The notes under the pieces are model-generated. The model saw only the letters and a list, made by a program, of their open reading frames with translations, was not told the origin of the DNA and did not search any database. A stretch of 64,000 nt of DNA from Lytechinus pictus (taxonomy: Eukaryota), in assembly GCF_037042905.1 (NCBI RefSeq), contig NC_087251.1, positions 41,852,001-41,916,000 on the forward strand, given 5' to 3'. Positions 63,498 through 64,000 of this stretch are shown piece after piece (the first letter of the stretch is position 1; every line of letters starts with the position of its first letter). The position numbers and the translations under genes were made by a program.

Positions 63498-63924
63498 TTA
63501 AACATTGGGGTTACCATGGGAACAATATCTATCTTTTCCATCTTGGCTAATTGCATTGTAAAAATGATCTCCCAGCAGTTTTCTGTTCTCTGATATATTT
63601 ATTCATTTATTCACACACAAACAGTTCACACAAACCGGTTCACAAGATCAGAGATAAAATTACTGTTTTGCATCTTGGTCCTGGTAAAAAAACCTGAAGC
63701 GGGGGTTGCAAATGACAATATCCAAGCACCACTTACCGACTTTAGGCATGTAGAGAAATCTGAGTAGAAATCCTCCAATATATATTAAAATTGTTCCAAT
63801 TATTGCACGATCCCAATATTCGACACAATACACACAAAATCACACAGATATTATAACAAATCTAACTTGGCTAGCACAAGCGGTATTTTGGATTTTTCTC
63901 TTGGTGAAATAAAGGAGAAAAAGG

Positions 63925-63978
63925 GACGACACTTGGATCCCTAAGTCTCGCCTTCACCTCTGGTGGGTGAGACAAAAA
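63925..63978 (-). mobile_element. 5' fragment of a HINE-like family 2 element
   Basis: Reverse complement TTTTTGTCTCACCCACCAGAGGTGAAGGCGAGACTTAGGGATCCAA matches 30741-30786. Confidence 0.7.
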
Positions 63979-64000
63979 TGGCAATGGGCTAGTTCATGGT

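Overview
AT-rich eukaryotic genomic DNA with spliceosomal introns. The repeat landscape (Deu/Nin-type SINE, HINE-like elements with GGTCA tandem cores, Neptune-type Penelope) suggests a marine invertebrate such as a sea urchin; this is an inference. 1-15093 is a nested stack of transposons between two related Gypsy LTRs. It holds a Penelope-like (PLE) retroelement with a 5' inversion, a minimal hammerhead ribozyme and a long duplicated flank; the PLE is itself interrupted by a HINE-like element and a hAT-like element. 19011-33919 is an 11-exon stretch of a + strand gene for an RNI-like leucine-rich-repeat protein, with consistent splice phases but one frameshift and no identifiable start or stop. 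Its sixth exon seeds a 3.6-kb minisatellite (~44 x 82 bp) made of exon end + 5' splice site + a MITE end. The rest is decayed LINE and Harbinger remnants, many MITEs, pseudo-exons and a complex local duplication. Almost all ORFs in the supplied track are spurious. All coordinates and alignments were read by eye.
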